From: Candidatus Saccharimonadales bacterium
Lineage (GTDB): Bacteria; Chloroflexota; Limnocylindria; P2-11E
DNA: 64,000 nt
Direction: 5' to 3'
Assembly: GCA_035493615.1 (NCBI GenBank)
Contig: DATJHW010000135.1
Coordinates: 8,361 to 72,360, forward strand
The notes beneath the pieces are model-generated. The model searched no databases. It saw nothing but the letters and a program-made list of their open reading frames with translations, and was not told the origin of the DNA. The position numbers and the translations under genes are program-made. This document shows, one piece after another, positions 35,127-45,918 of this stretch. Numbering within the stretch: the first letter of the stretch is position 1; each line of letters opens with the position of its first letter.

Positions 35127-35822
35127 GTGCGCAGCATCCTCGTCGTCGACGACGAGACGAACCTCCGCCACACGCTCGCCTACGCGCTGCGGCAGGAGGG
35201 CTACGAGGTGCTGACCGCCGAGGACGGCGACGCGGCGCTCGTGAGCTTCAAAGCCAACGCGCCGGAGCTCGTGATCCTGGACCTCATGCTCCCGAAGCTC
35301 GACGGTCTCGAGGTCTGCCGGCGCATCCGCCGGCAGAGCGACGTGCCGATCCTCATGCTCACCGCGCGCGACTCGGAGCTCGATCGCGTGGTCGGCCTCG
35401 AGATCGGCGCCGACGACTACCTGGTGAAGCCATTCTCGATGCGCGAGCTCGTTGCGCGCGTACGCGCGATGCTCCGGCGCGCGTCGCGCGTCGCCGAGCC
35501 GCCGTCGATGGAGGTCTTCGACCTGCCCGGGCTGCGGCTCGACGTGCCGAAGCGCCGCGTGACCGCGGATGGCCGCGACGTGGCACTCACGGCGAAGGAG
35601 TTCGACCTCCTCGCCTACCTCGCCGGCCGGCCCGGCCAGGTGCTGACCCGGGATCAGATCGTCGCAGGCGTCTGGGGCGTCGATTTCTCCGGTGACCCCC
35701 GGACGGTCGACACGCACGTGAAGACGCTCCGCGAGCGTCTCGGCGACGACGCCGACCATCCTCGGTGGCTGGAGACCGTTCGCGGGGTCGGCTACCGCAT
35801 GCGGGAGCGACCAGCCGGCTAG
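35127..35822 (+). CDS. OmpR/PhoB-family response regulator (RegX3/PhoP-like)
   Basis: GTG start. ILVVDDE, LDLMLPKLDG, winged-helix C-terminus VGYRMRE. Confidence 0.85.
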   Translation: MRSILVVDDETNLRHTLAYALRQEGYEVLTAEDGDAALVSFKANAPELVILDLMLPKLDGLEVCRRIRRQSDVPILMLTARDSELDRVVGLEIGADDYLVKPFSMRELVARVRAMLRRASRVAEPPSMEVFDLPGLRLDVPKRRVTADGRDVALTAKEFDLLAYLAGRPGQVLTRDQIVAGVWGVDFSGDPRTVDTHVKTLRERLGDDADHPRWLETVRGVGYRMRERPAG

Positions 35823-35912
35823 CGCCGACCCCACTTCACCGCCGCTACACCGGACGCTCACCGCACGCACCCCCCGACCACGTGGCCGTGGCCGACGCTG
35901 TCCACAACGGAA

Positions 35913-37049
35913 GTGAAAGAGGTGGGAATGATGCGTTCCCGGTGGAAGTCCGTGGCGGCGATCCTCGCGGTCACCACGCTCGCCGCGGCCTGCGGCGGCA
36001 GCGGAGGGGCCCAGCCGGCGGCGACCGGCGGTACGGCGAATCCGTGCGGGATCCCGGTGACGAGTAGGTGCGCCGATGAGGCGCAGTCCCTGAGCGGAGC
36101 CGGTGCGACCTTCCCCGCGGTGATCTACACGAAGTGGATCGACGAGTACAACAAGCTCACGGGCGTGCAGGTGAACTACCAGGCCATCGGCTCCGGCGGA
36201 GGCGTCAAGGGCATCACCGACAAGACCGTGGACTTCGGCGCGAGCGACAACGCGCTCACCGATCAGCAGCTGGCCGACGCGAAGACCACCCTCCTGCACA
36301 TCCCGGCCGTCATGGGCGGCATCGTCGCGACGTACAACGTCGCGGGGGTCACCTCGCTCAAGCTCACGGGGGACACGCTCTCGGGGATCTTCCTCGGCGA
36401 CATCAAGAAGTGGGACGACCCGAAGCTCGTCGCTGACAACCCCGGGGTCAGCTTCCCGGCCGCCGACATCGTGACCGTCCACCGCTCCGATGGATCCGGC
36501 ACGACCGCGGTCTTCACGGACTATCTCTCCAAGGTCAACGCGACCTGGAAGTCGCAGGTCGGCACGGCGCAGACCGTCAACTGGCCGGGCGGCGTCGGTG
36601 GCAAGGGCAACGACGGCGTCGCCGGCGCGGTCAAGTCGACGCCGAACTCGATCGGCTACGTCGAGCTCATCTACGCGCTCCAGCAGAAGCTGGGCGCGGC
36701 GACCATGAAGAACAGCGCGGGCAGGTTCATCGAGGCGAACCTCGACTCGGTGAGCAAAGCCGCCGTGGGCGTGGCGCTCCCCGATGACCTCCGCGCCTCG
36801 CTCACGAACTCGAGCAACGCCGACGCGTACCCGATCGTCGCGATGACCTACCTCCTCACCTACCGGGACGTGGCCGACAAGGGCAAGGCGCTCGCGATGG
36901 CCCGGTACTTCTGGTGGGGCACTCACGAGGGCCAGGCGTTCGCCAAAGACCTCGGCTACGCGCCTCTGCCGGCCGACGTGGTGACGAAGGTCGAGGCGAA
37001 GATCAGGTCGATGAGCTCTGGTGGTCAGCCGGCCCTTCCGGCACAGTGA
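35913..37049 (+). CDS. pstS: Phosphate ABC transporter substrate-binding lipoprotein PstS
   Basis: LAAACGG lipobox. SGAGATFP phosphate-binding motif. Confidence 0.9.
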   Translation: MKEVGMMRSRWKSVAAILAVTTLAAACGGSGGAQPAATGGTANPCGIPVTSRCADEAQSLSGAGATFPAVIYTKWIDEYNKLTGVQVNYQAIGSGGGVKGITDKTVDFGASDNALTDQQLADAKTTLLHIPAVMGGIVATYNVAGVTSLKLTGDTLSGIFLGDIKKWDDPKLVADNPGVSFPAADIVTVHRSDGSGTTAVFTDYLSKVNATWKSQVGTAQTVNWPGGVGGKGNDGVAGAVKSTPNSIGYVELIYALQQKLGAATMKNSAGRFIEANLDSVSKAAVGVALPDDLRASLTNSSNADAYPIVAMTYLLTYRDVADKGKALAMARYFWWGTHEGQAFAKDLGYAPLPADVVTKVEAKIRSMSSGGQPALPAQ

Positions 37050-37059
37050 CCGCGAGCCA

Positions 37060-37998
37060 GTGACCTCCCGCACCGCGGATCGGACGTTCGCCGTGGGCGT
37101 GACGGCACTGGCGCTGCTGGTGCCGCTCACGCTCGCGGCCATCACCCTGCTCGTCGTCCTTGACTCGCTTCCGTCGATCCAGCGCTTCGGGCTGAGCTTC
37201 CTCCTCACGAGCACGTGGGACCCGGTCCACGCCGCCTTCGGGGCGGGCGCGTATCTGTTCGGCACGCTCGTCACCACCGCGATCGCGATCGCGCTCGCCA
37301 CGCCGGTGGCGGTCGGTGCCGCGATCTACCTCACCGAATACGCACCGCGGGCCATCCGCGGCCCGCTCGCGTTCCTGATCGAGCTCCTGGCGTACATCCC
37401 GAGCATCGTCTACGGGCTCTGGGGCCTGTTCGTCCTCGTGCCGCTGTTCCGATCCGAGATCGATCCGTTCCTCCAGCGCACCGTCGGGCAGGTCCCGATC
37501 ATCGGGGCGTTGTTCAGTGGCTCGATCGTCGGCACCGACCTGCTCATGGGGGGCGTCATCCTCGCGGTGATGGTCCTGCCCCTCCTCGTGGCGGTGACCC
37601 GCGAGGTCCTGCTCGCGGTGCCGCCGGCCCAGCGCGAGGGGATGATCGGCCTCGGCGCCACGCGCTGGGAGGCGATCGCCGGCGCGGTGCTCCCCTACGC
37701 GCGCGTCGGGATCATCGGCGCTGTCGTGCTCGCCGTCGCACGGGCATTCGGCGAGACCATGGCGGTCACGCTCGTGGCAGGCAACAGCTCGACGACGGTC
37801 GGGCCATCGCTGTTCACGCCGGGATACACGATGGCCTCGGCCATCGCGAACCAGTTCACGGAGGCGAGCGACCCGCTGCATTTCAGCGCGCTCGTCGAGA
37901 TCGCACTGGTCCTCCTCGTCGTCGCGCTCGTGATCAACACCGGGGCCCGGCTGCTCATCCGACGGGTCGCGTCCGGGCCGCAGGGCCTGGTGCTGTGA
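37060..37998 (+). CDS. pstC: Phosphate ABC transporter permease PstC
   Basis: Six-TM permease with EAA-like loop. GTG 37060 chosen to avoid a 29-nt overlap with pstS (track start 37021). Confidence 0.8.
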   Translation: MTSRTADRTFAVGVTALALLVPLTLAAITLLVVLDSLPSIQRFGLSFLLTSTWDPVHAAFGAGAYLFGTLVTTAIAIALATPVAVGAAIYLTEYAPRAIRGPLAFLIELLAYIPSIVYGLWGLFVLVPLFRSEIDPFLQRTVGQVPIIGALFSGSIVGTDLLMGGVILAVMVLPLLVAVTREVLLAVPPAQREGMIGLGATRWEAIAGAVLPYARVGIIGAVVLAVARAFGETMAVTLVAGNSSTTVGPSLFTPGYTMASAIANQFTEASDPLHFSALVEIALVLLVVALVINTGARLLIRRVASGPQGLVL

Positions 37999-38876
37999 GC
38001 ACTGCGGCCTCGGTCATGGCCCGCGTCCCCGAGCGTCACGCGGTCAGCGCGCGCCGCCGCGCGCGCGAACGGACGATGCAGGCGCTGGTGGCGCTGTCCG
38101 CGGTCGGCGCGGCGGCGCTGCTCGTGATCATCCTCGGCTACGTGATCGTCCGCGGCGCGCCTGCGCTGAACCTCGCGTTCTTCACCGAGCGCCCGCTCCC
38201 GTTCGGCGTCGAGGGCGGCGGCGTCGGCCCCGCGCTCGTCGGCACGGTCATCCTCTCCCTGCTCGCGGGTGTCATCGCGATCCCGATCGGCATCGCGAGC
38301 GCGATCTTCGTCACCGAGTTCCGCTCCGGCCGGCTCGCGCCGGCGGTACGGTTCGCCGCCGAGCTGATCGCCGGGCTGCCCTCGATCGTCGTCGGCGTCT
38401 TCGTCTGGGCGTTCCTCGTCCGCGGGATCATCGGCCACTACGCCGCGCTCGCGGGCGCGATCGCGCTCGCGATCATCATGATCCCGATCGTCGCACGGAC
38501 CGTGGAGGAGGTGCTCCGGCTCGTCCCACAGTCCTTGCGGGAGGCCGGCCTCGCCCTCGGCGCGCCCCGCTGGCGGGTGGTCCTCTCGATCGTCGTGCCG
38601 ACGGCTCGCGCGGGCATCGCGACCGCCGTCGTCCTGGCGGTCGCCCGGGCCGCCGGCGAGACCGCGCCGCTGCTGCTCACCGCCCTCGGCAATCTCTTCT
38701 TCAGCACCGACCTGCTGAAGCCGGTGTCGGCCCTGCCGCTCCAGATCTACCAGTACGCGGCCTCGCCGTACGACGACTGGCACACGAAGGCCTGGGGCTC
38801 ATCGCTCGTGCTCGTCGGTGTCATCGCCCTCCTGAGCCTGGCGTTGCGGCTGGCGATCCGGCGCGGTGCGCGATGA
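37995..38876 (+). CDS. pstA: Phosphate ABC transporter permease PstA
   Basis: Second half of track ORF 37215..38876. GTG 37995 overlaps the pstC stop. Confidence 0.8.
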   Translation: MSTAASVMARVPERHAVSARRRARERTMQALVALSAVGAAALLVIILGYVIVRGAPALNLAFFTERPLPFGVEGGGVGPALVGTVILSLLAGVIAIPIGIASAIFVTEFRSGRLAPAVRFAAELIAGLPSIVVGVFVWAFLVRGIIGHYAALAGAIALAIIMIPIVARTVEEVLRLVPQSLREAGLALGAPRWRVVLSIVVPTARAGIATAVVLAVARAAGETAPLLLTALGNLFFSTDLLKPVSALPLQIYQYAASPYDDWHTKAWGSSLVLVGVIALLSLALRLAIRRGAR

Positions 38877-39718
38877 TGCGCACTGTGGAGCGCGACCGCG
38901 TCCCCGCGACGACCGCGGTGGTCGCCGCCGGCCCGGCGAAGCCGGAGTCGGCCGTTCGGATCGAGGACCTCTCCGCGTGGTACGGCGCGGCCCAGGCGGT
39001 GGGCGGGGTCAGCCTCGAGCTTCCCCGCGGTGCGGTGACCGCGATCATCGGCCCGTCCGGCTGCGGGAAGTCGACGCTGCTCCGGTGCCTCAACCGGATG
39101 CACGAGACGACGCCCGGCGCGCGCGTCGCCGGCCAGGTGTTCCTCGACTCGCTCGACATCTACTGGACCGGCGTCGACGCCGTCGAGGTACGGAGCATGG
39201 TCGGCATGGTGTTTCAGAAGCCGAACCCGTTCCCGATGATGTCGATCTACGAGAACGTCGCGGCCGGACCGCGCCTGCGAGGCTGGAAGATGGACCGCAC
39301 GAAGATGGACGAGCTCGTCGAGCGCAACCTGCGGCGCGCCGCGCTGTGGGACGAGGTGAAGGACCGCCTCGACCGGTCCGGAGCCGCGCTCTCCGGCGGC
39401 CAGCAGCAGCGCCTCTGCATCGCGCGAGCGCTCGCCACGGATCCGTCCGTCCTCCTGATGGACGAGCCCGCCTCGGCCCTCGATCCGATCGCGACCTACA
39501 AGATCGAGGAGCTCGTGCGCGAGCTCGCGAGCGAGGTCACGATCGTCATCGTCACCCACAACATGCAGCAGGCGTCGCGCGTGTCGCAGCGCACGGCGTT
39601 CATGCTCGCCGCGGATGACGGCGTCGGCCGGCTCGTCGAGTTCGGCCGGACGGACGACATCTTCACGAACCCGCGTGACTCGCGGACCGAGGCCTACATC
39701 ACCGGGCGGTTCGGATGA
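38873..39718 (+). CDS. pstB: Phosphate import ATP-binding protein PstB
   Basis: Walker [19 protein letters not shown], Walker [12 protein letters not shown]. Confidence 0.9.
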   Translation: MMRTVERDRVPATTAVVAAGPAKPESAVRIEDLSAWYGAAQAVGGVSLELPRGAVTAIIGPSGCGKSTLLRCLNRMHETTPGARVAGQVFLDSLDIYWTGVDAVEVRSMVGMVFQKPNPFPMMSIYENVAAGPRLRGWKMDRTKMDELVERNLRRAALWDEVKDRLDRSGAALSGGQQQRLCIARALATDPSVLLMDEPASALDPIATYKIEELVRELASEVTIVIVTHNMQQASRVSQRTAFMLAADDGVGRLVEFGRTDDIFTNPRDSRTEAYITGRFG

Positions 39719-40422
39719 TGACGACGATGCATCAGCGGGCCGGGCTCGATCAGGGGCTGGAGCAGCTGCGCCGTGACCTCCGCCGCCTCGCGAGCATGGT
39801 CGATGTCGCGATCGAGCAGAGCGTCGCGTCGCTCGCGCGACTCGACCGCTCCGGCGCCGACCGCGTGATCGTCGGCGACAAGTCGATCAACGATCTGCGC
39901 TACGGGATCGAGGACGCCGCGGTGCACATCATCGCGATGCAGCAACCGATCGCGGGCGACCTCCGGTTCGTCATCGCGGTCCTCATGGTGACGAGCGAGC
40001 TCGAGCGGATGGGCGACTACTGCGTGGGCATCGCGAAGATCACGAAGCTCCACGGCGACCGTGCGCTCCTGAAGCCGCTCATCGACATTCCCCGGATGGC
40101 CGAGGCCGTGCGCGGGATGCTGCGCGGGTCCGTGGATGCGCTCATCACCAAGAACGCGTTCCTGGCGGAGGCGATCGCCGCGCAGGACGACGAGATCGAT
40201 CGGCTCTACGACCAGATCTACCGCGAGCTGCTCACGTACATGCTGAACGATCCGACGACCATCGACCGGGCAACGTGGCTGCTCTGGGCGGCGCACAACC
40301 TCGAGCGCATGGGCGACCGCGTGCAGAACATCTGCGAGCGGACGGTCTACGAGGCGACCGGGGTGCTCAAGGAGTTCGGCGGGCGTGCCGGGGACGACGA
40401 CGCGAGGCGGAACGACGCCTAG
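39715..40422 (+). CDS. phoU: Phosphate signalling complex protein PhoU
   Basis: 235 aa. Two PhoU repeats with E(L)ERMGD motifs. Confidence 0.85.
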   Translation: MMTTMHQRAGLDQGLEQLRRDLRRLASMVDVAIEQSVASLARLDRSGADRVIVGDKSINDLRYGIEDAAVHIIAMQQPIAGDLRFVIAVLMVTSELERMGDYCVGIAKITKLHGDRALLKPLIDIPRMAEAVRGMLRGSVDALITKNAFLAEAIAAQDDEIDRLYDQIYRELLTYMLNDPTTIDRATWLLWAAHNLERMGDRVQNICERTVYEATGVLKEFGGRAGDDDARRNDA

Positions 40423-40587
40423 GTAGGACCACCGTCCGGGCGGTGAAGCCGGACGCGCGCGGCGCGAGCCGGCGCCTCGCGTGCTTCCCGCGTCGCGTTC
40501 GCGGCGCCTGCCGCGTCGCCGAACGCGGCGAGGATCTGGGCCAAGGACCACGCCGTCCGCGCGCGTCGCGGCGCATGCGTCCGCGTG

Positions 40588-41475
40588 CTAGCCGACCCCG
40601 GCCAGGGCTGGCAGCTCGAACAGCTGGTCGAGCGCTCCGATCGTGTGGTCCGGCGCCGCGTCCCCGGTGGCCGCCGATCCCCCGGCCGGGTCGGTCAGAC
40701 CCGTCGTGATCAGCACCCCGACCGCGCCGACCTTGTGCGCCGCGACGATGTCGTACTCCGGCGCGTCACCGACGACCACGACTGGTCCGGGGGCGGGGCC
40801 CGCCCGGCGGATGGCCTCCTCGAACAGGAACGGCTCGGGCTTCCCGATGCAGATCGCCTCCCGGCCGCTCGCCACCTCGAGCGCTTTCACGATGCTGCCC
40901 GCGCCGGGGAGGAGCCGGCCTTCCACCGGGTAGGCCCGGTCCTTGTTCGAGGCCACGAACCGCGCGCCGCCGAGGAGCGCCCGCTGGGCCTCGGCGAGCC
41001 GGGCGTACGTCAGGTGGAGGTCGAGGCCGACGACGACGGTGTCGGGAAGCGGGGGGAGCTCGAGGTGCGTGAGGTACTCGCGCATCGCCGACGGGCTGAC
41101 CCCGTCCGCGGCGGCGGCGGGCGGCGGCTGGGCGCCGGGCAGGTCCAGGGCGCTCCGCACCCCGATGCCGACCGCGCGGATCTCGTCGCGCAGCCCGTTC
41201 GCGCCGACGACGAACACGTCGGCCGGCTTCGGCTCGAGCCGCTCGAGGTAGTGGGCGGTGGCGTACGCGCTCGTGACGACGTGGTCCAGGTCGCCGCCGA
41301 GCCCGAGCGCCGTCAGGCGCGCCACGTAGTCGGCCCGCGACGAGGTCGAGTTGTTCGTGGCGAAGAACACCTGCCAGCCCCCGGCGCGCAGGCGCGCGAG
41401 CGTCTCGCGCGCGTGCGGCATCACGACGTTGCCGCGGTAGAGGACCCCGTCCATGTCGAAGATCGCGGTCGGCAT
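40588..41475 (-). CDS. HAD-superfamily hydrolase, subfamily IIA (NagD-like)
   Basis: MPTAIFDMDGVLY motif I and downstream HAD motifs. Confidence 0.75.
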   Translation of the reverse strand: MPTAIFDMDGVLYRGNVVMPHARETLARLRAGGWQVFFATNNSTSSRADYVARLTALGLGGDLDHVVTSAYATAHYLERLEPKPADVFVVGANGLRDEIRAVGIGVRSALDLPGAQPPPAAAADGVSPSAMREYLTHLELPPLPDTVVVGLDLHLTYARLAEAQRALLGGARFVASNKDRAYPVEGRLLPGAGSIVKALEVASGREAICIGKPEPFLFEEAIRRAGPAPGPVVVVGDAPEYDIVAAHKVGAVGVLITTGLTDPAGGSAATGDAAPDHTIGALDQLFELPALAGVG

Positions 41476-41497
41476 GGTCGCAGGCTACGCGAGACGC

Positions 41498-43444
41498 TCA
41501 GCGCCAGCCGATCGCCGCGACCTCGACGGGTTCCGCGATGTCCTTGAGGGCGACGACCCGCTTCTCGCTCGGGTACGCCTTCGCGGCCGACTCGAGCGTC
41601 GCGGCGCTCGCGAGGATCTCGTCCGGGCCCGCGACGCCGCCGATCCGCGCGGCCTCGTGGATGCCGAACCCCGCGTAGTCCAACCCGCGCCGATGCGCGC
41701 CGGCGGTGTGCATGCCGATGCGCACCTGCGGCGCGAACCCCTGCGCGCGCCGGTGCTCGGCCAGCTTGCGTTGGATCGCGATGGCGCAGTCGATCGCGTC
41801 GGCGGCGGAGGCGAACGAGACGAAGAAGCCGTCACCCTGGTGGCGGATCTCTTCGCCCCGGTGCCCGGCGATGAGCGCGCGCAGGGTCTCGTCGTGCCAG
41901 CGGATCAGCCCCTGCCACGCATCGTCGCCGATCGCGTCGACGAGCTTCGTCGACCGAACGATGTCGGTGAACAGGAACGTCCGGGTGACCAGGTCCGTGG
42001 CCGGCTCGCCGGCCGACGTCCCGGCAGGCTCGCCGAGCAGCTCGTTCGTCCGTCGGATGTCGAGCCGCGCGCCAAGGCGCTCGAACGTGGAGCGTGACGA
42101 CTGCAGCTCGAGCCTCGCCGCGCCATCGTCGCCCTGCGCCCGAAGCGCCGCGGCGAGCACGAGGCGCGCCTGCGCGGCGTCGTACGGCATCCCGAGCTCG
42201 AGCCACCGTCGGACCGCGGCGCTCGCGGTCCGCTCCGCCGCCGCGGCGTCGCCGTCGGCGAGCTGCAGTGAAGCTCGCGCGGTGCCGGCGCTCGCGTCCA
42301 TCGCCGCCGTGCCGAATGCGGTCGCGAGCGCGTCGAGCTCCGTCGAGGCGGCGCGGGCCCGCTCGCGATCGCCGACGGCGAGCGCCAGCGTGACCTCCAC
42401 CGGGAGCAGCCGCGCGCGCGAGGACCGACCGGTCTCGTTCGCGAGCGCCCGCCGGAGCGATGCCGCGGCGGCGATCGGATCGCCCTGGGCCAGTCGAATG
42501 AGCGCGAGCCCCGGCTCGGGGATCGCCCCCAGCTCGTGGGCAAGGCGGAAGGCGTCCTCGGCCGCCGGCAGATCGCCCATCCGCAGGCGGATGTCGCCGA
42601 TCGCGTAGTACCCCTGGGCGGCGATCCCCGACACGTGAAAACGCTGCAGCTCTTCGCACGCCTTTCGGGCCTCCTGCTCGGCCTGGGCCCACTGCCCACC
42701 CTGCGCCACGACCTCGGCCCGGTACACGCGGCAGATCCCCGGGAAGCCGGTCACGGATTGCCGCTCGCACCAGCGGGTCGCGGCTTCGGTCCACTCGCTC
42801 GCGCGCCGGTAATCGGCGATCTCGCGACACGCGCCGATCGTGCCGCAGTACACCCACCCGGTCGACCACGGACTGAGCTCTCCCGCGACCGCCGCGACGG
42901 TCGCTTGGTCGAGACGCGCCAGTCCCGCGGCCGGGTCCCCATAGCCGACGAGCGCGAGCCCCTGGCCCATCGTGCCGAACGCCTCGAGATCGCGGTCGCC
43001 GAACTTTCTTCCGAGCTCGGCAGCCCGGCCACCCAGCTCGAGCAGCTCGTCGAGGCTCATCGAGCCCGCGCCGATCGCGCCTCGAGAGAACAGCAGGTAG
43101 CCGAACGCGGCGCAGTCTTCGTCTCCTTCGAGCAGCTTCGAGGCGCGCTCGAACCAGGCGAGCGCGGTCGTGTACGAGCGGTTGACGGCGTTGTCCTGGG
43201 CGATCCGCAGGGCGATCTGCGCGGCACGGCGGGTATCTCCCGCTTTGGCGAAGGCGCCATGAGCCCGCTCCCGCGCGGCGAACGCTTCGTCAGGCTGGGC
43301 CGTCCACCATGCGGCGTCGGCCAGCATCTCGAGGCCCTCGCCGTCCAGGCTGTTCGAGGCGTCGGCCTGGCGCAGCAGCGCCAGGGCCTCGCCCCACGCG
43401 TGCCGATCGAGCGCCTTCCGCGCGTCCTCGAGCGGATCGCCCAC
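41498..43444 (-). CDS. Class III adenylate/guanylate cyclase with large N-terminal TPR/helical-repeat domain
   Basis: 648 aa. C-terminal cyclase domain (FLFTDIVRSTKL...HQGDGFFVSF...RIGMHTA). N-terminal ~450 aa Ala/Leu-rich TPR-like repeats. Confidence 0.75.
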   Translation of the reverse strand: MGDPLEDARKALDRHAWGEALALLRQADASNSLDGEGLEMLADAAWWTAQPDEAFAARERAHGAFAKAGDTRRAAQIALRIAQDNAVNRSYTTALAWFERASKLLEGDEDCAAFGYLLFSRGAIGAGSMSLDELLELGGRAAELGRKFGDRDLEAFGTMGQGLALVGYGDPAAGLARLDQATVAAVAGELSPWSTGWVYCGTIGACREIADYRRASEWTEAATRWCERQSVTGFPGICRVYRAEVVAQGGQWAQAEQEARKACEELQRFHVSGIAAQGYYAIGDIRLRMGDLPAAEDAFRLAHELGAIPEPGLALIRLAQGDPIAAAASLRRALANETGRSSRARLLPVEVTLALAVGDRERARAASTELDALATAFGTAAMDASAGTARASLQLADGDAAAAERTASAAVRRWLELGMPYDAAQARLVLAAALRAQGDDGAARLELQSSRSTFERLGARLDIRRTNELLGEPAGTSAGEPATDLVTRTFLFTDIVRSTKLVDAIGDDAWQGLIRWHDETLRALIAGHRGEEIRHQGDGFFVSFASAADAIDCAIAIQRKLAEHRRAQGFAPQVRIGMHTAGAHRRGLDYAGFGIHEAARIGGVAGPDEILASAATLESAAKAYPSEKRVVALKDIAEPVEVAAIGWR

Positions 43445-43510
43445 TACCTCGACCGGTTGCCTCCGCGCACCGCGCGCGGAAATGTACCGCCTTGGCCGAG
43501 AGCGCGGGCT

Positions 43511-44647
43511 CTAGATCGCGGCGCGGTACAGGGCTTCGATGTCCGGCTGTCGCGTCATCCGCGGGTTCACCAGGATGTTCCCCGAGAGCATCGCGTCCTT
43601 CGCCATGCTCGGGATGAGCCCTTCGTCCATGCCGACCGTCCCGAGGTGTGCGGGGATCCCGATCGTCTCGTTCAGCGCGAACACGTGCGCGACCGCGGCC
43701 TTGGCATCCTTCTTGGCACCCATCGTCTCGCCGACCGTCGCGTACCGGTCCGGCGCGGCCGAGCGATTGAAGTCCATCACGTGCGGCAGGAGTGCCGCGA
43801 CCGCGGTGCCATGCGCGACGTGGCACCAGCCGCCGAGCGGGAGGGCCATCGCGTGCACGTTGCCGAGCCGGGTGTTGCTGAACGCGAGGCTCGCCGTCAC
43901 GACGGCGCGCATCATCGCCTCGCGCGCGTCGATGTCCTTCCCGTCCTTCACCGCGCGCGGCAGCGCCCACGCGGCGTCGCGGATCGCCTCGAGTGCGAGC
44001 ACCTCGGTCATCCGATAGGAGTTCTTCGAGGTGAACGACTCGATCGCGTGCACGAGGGTGTCCATCCCGGTGATCGCGGTGAGGAACGGCGGCAGTCCCG
44101 TCGTGAGCTCCGGATCTTCGAGCGCGAACAACGCCGTCGCGTTCGGGCTGATGATGACGAGCTTCTTGTGCTGCTCCGGGTCCGCGATGACCGAGTTGAT
44201 CGTGATCTCAGCGCCGGTGCCCGCGGTGGTCGGGATGGCGATGACCGGCGCGGCCATCTTCGGGACCTTGTCGATGCCGATGTAGTCGAGCACGGTGCCG
44301 CCGTTCGCGAGCAGCACGGCGGCCATCTTGGCCGTGTCGATCGACGAGCCGCCGCCGACGGCGACGAAGCTGTCCGCTCCGGCCTCTTTCGCCCGCTCGT
44401 ACGCGCGCTGCACCTCGGCCACGCCCGGGTCGGGCACGACCTGGTCGTAGATCTCGTATGGGATCTTCGCCTCGCGGAGCTTCTCTTCGAGCGGCGCGAC
44501 GAGGCCGGCTTTGATCACGCCGGGATCGGTGACCAGGAGCACCTTCTTGGCGCCCACCTGCCGCAGCGGCTCCGCGAGCGTGAGCGCGACACCTCGGCCG
44601 AGCTGGATGCGCGTGGGGATACGGAACACATCGATGCGTCCGGGCAC
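43511..44647 (-). CDS. Iron-containing (group III) alcohol dehydrogenase
   Basis: VGGGSSIDTAKM NAD-binding motif and conserved His metal ligands. Confidence 0.8.
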   Translation of the reverse strand: MPGRIDVFRIPTRIQLGRGVALTLAEPLRQVGAKKVLLVTDPGVIKAGLVAPLEEKLREAKIPYEIYDQVVPDPGVAEVQRAYERAKEAGADSFVAVGGGSSIDTAKMAAVLLANGGTVLDYIGIDKVPKMAAPVIAIPTTAGTGAEITINSVIADPEQHKKLVIISPNATALFALEDPELTTGLPPFLTAITGMDTLVHAIESFTSKNSYRMTEVLALEAIRDAAWALPRAVKDGKDIDAREAMMRAVVTASLAFSNTRLGNVHAMALPLGGWCHVAHGTAVAALLPHVMDFNRSAAPDRYATVGETMGAKKDAKAAVAHVFALNETIGIPAHLGTVGMDEGLIPSMAKDAMLSGNILVNPRMTRQPDIEALYRAAI

Positions 44648-44744
44648 GGCTGCGAGCGTAGCCTTTCAGCGCCGTGCTCGCGGCGGCCGTCGTCTCGATC
44701 GCGCCGTCGGCGATCGCCGTGCGGCTCTTTCCGGCGCCGGCGGT

Positions 44745-44993
44745 CTAGGGCTTGGGCTCGCCTCGGGTGTCGATCGCGTTGCCCGCGTCGGGCGGGGTGC
44801 CGCGCTTCACGCCCTTCTTCCCGCCACGGGCGCGATACGCGCGCCACGCGCGGCCGGTCACGGCGTCACGGTGGTCGCTGCGCTCGACGTAGTCGTCGAC
44901 GCGCGCGAGCACGACCGCGGTGATCGCCGCGAGGGCGAGCCGCCAGAACGTGAAGAACAGAAGCCGCAGGCATCCCCCGAGGCAGCAACCCAT
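44745..44993 (-). CDS. Small hypothetical membrane protein with N-terminal GCCLGGC motif
   Basis: Internal Met of track ORF 44745..45062. One TM helix and a Lys/Arg-rich tail. Confidence 0.3.
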   Translation of the reverse strand: MGCCLGGCLRLLFFTFWRLALAAITAVVLARVDDYVERSDHRDAVTGRAWRAYRARGGKKGVKRGTPPDAGNAIDTRGEPKP

Positions 44994-45027
44994 GGTCGGG
45001 ACTCTAGCGAGAGGCGTGCCACGCCGA

Positions 45028-45915
45028 TCAGACGAAGAAGCGGCGCAGCTCCAGCGCCACACGCGCGGGGTCGGCGCCCCGACCGGTCAGCGGGTCGGCG
45101 GCGTTTCCTGAGGCGGAATGATCGAGCCCGGCGAGCCTGACGCGCTCCGCGCGAGGAAGGACCCGCTCGAGCGCATCGACCGACGCCTGCAGGAACGCCG
45201 GGCTGGCGGTCCCGTTGAGCAGGAGCACGTCGGCCGTGATCGCGGCGAAGCGATCGAGGGCGCCCTGCGATCCGCGCACGAGCTCGAAGTCATAGTGCAG
45301 CGTCGGAGCGAGCATCCGCATGGTGACGTCGTCCGGCGCGGCTCGGTTGTCCTCGCTCGCGAGCATCGCCCGGGTCAGGCGCTCGAGCAGCCAGCGCGGA
45401 ACGCGATCGAACATCGGCGGCGCGAGGCGCGCTGCCTTCATTCCCGTGATGAGCGCCGCCGCCACCTTGCCCTGCGCGATCTGTTCGTCGAATCGCCGCA
45501 TGAGCGGCGGCGACTTCGTCTCGTCCATCAGGAGTGGCGGCTCGAAGATCGCGGCCTTGCGGATGGCCGGCAGCTCGAGCGCCGCGAACAGCCAGATGAT
45601 CGCGCCTGAGCTCACGCCGAACACGTACTGCGCGCCGGTCCTCGACAGGAGCGCGGCCATGTCGTCGATCTCGGTCCGCACGCTGTAGTCGGCGGGATAC
45701 GGGCCGGAGAGGCCACGGCCGCGCCGGTCCGGAAGGTACACGGTGAACGCGTCGGCGAGCACCTCGGCGAGCTGGAGGTGGCTGCGCGATGACTCCATCG
45801 CGCCGTGCAGGACGACGAGGCCGGGACCGGCGCCGACGCGGCGGTAGCCGATCGTCGTGCCATCACGCGAGGTGACCGCCCCGGTCTCGGGTGCCGGCGC
45901 TGTCGCGATCGCCAT
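45028..45915 (-). CDS. Alpha/beta-fold hydrolase
   Basis: GVSSG nucleophile elbow. HG oxyanion motif. Confidence 0.75.
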   Translation of the reverse strand: MAIATAPAPETGAVTSRDGTTIGYRRVGAGPGLVVLHGAMESSRSHLQLAEVLADAFTVYLPDRRGRGLSGPYPADYSVRTEIDDMAALLSRTGAQYVFGVSSGAIIWLFAALELPAIRKAAIFEPPLLMDETKSPPLMRRFDEQIAQGKVAAALITGMKAARLAPPMFDRVPRWLLERLTRAMLASEDNRAAPDDVTMRMLAPTLHYDFELVRGSQGALDRFAAITADVLLLNGTASPAFLQASVDALERVLPRAERVRLAGLDHSASGNAADPLTGRGADPARVALELRRFFV

Positions 45916-45918
45916 CGG

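Noticed and set aside
33750-37301. 1183-aa minus-strand ORF across pit, TCS and pstS
   Set aside because: Antisense to five motif-supported phosphate genes. Low-complexity translation.
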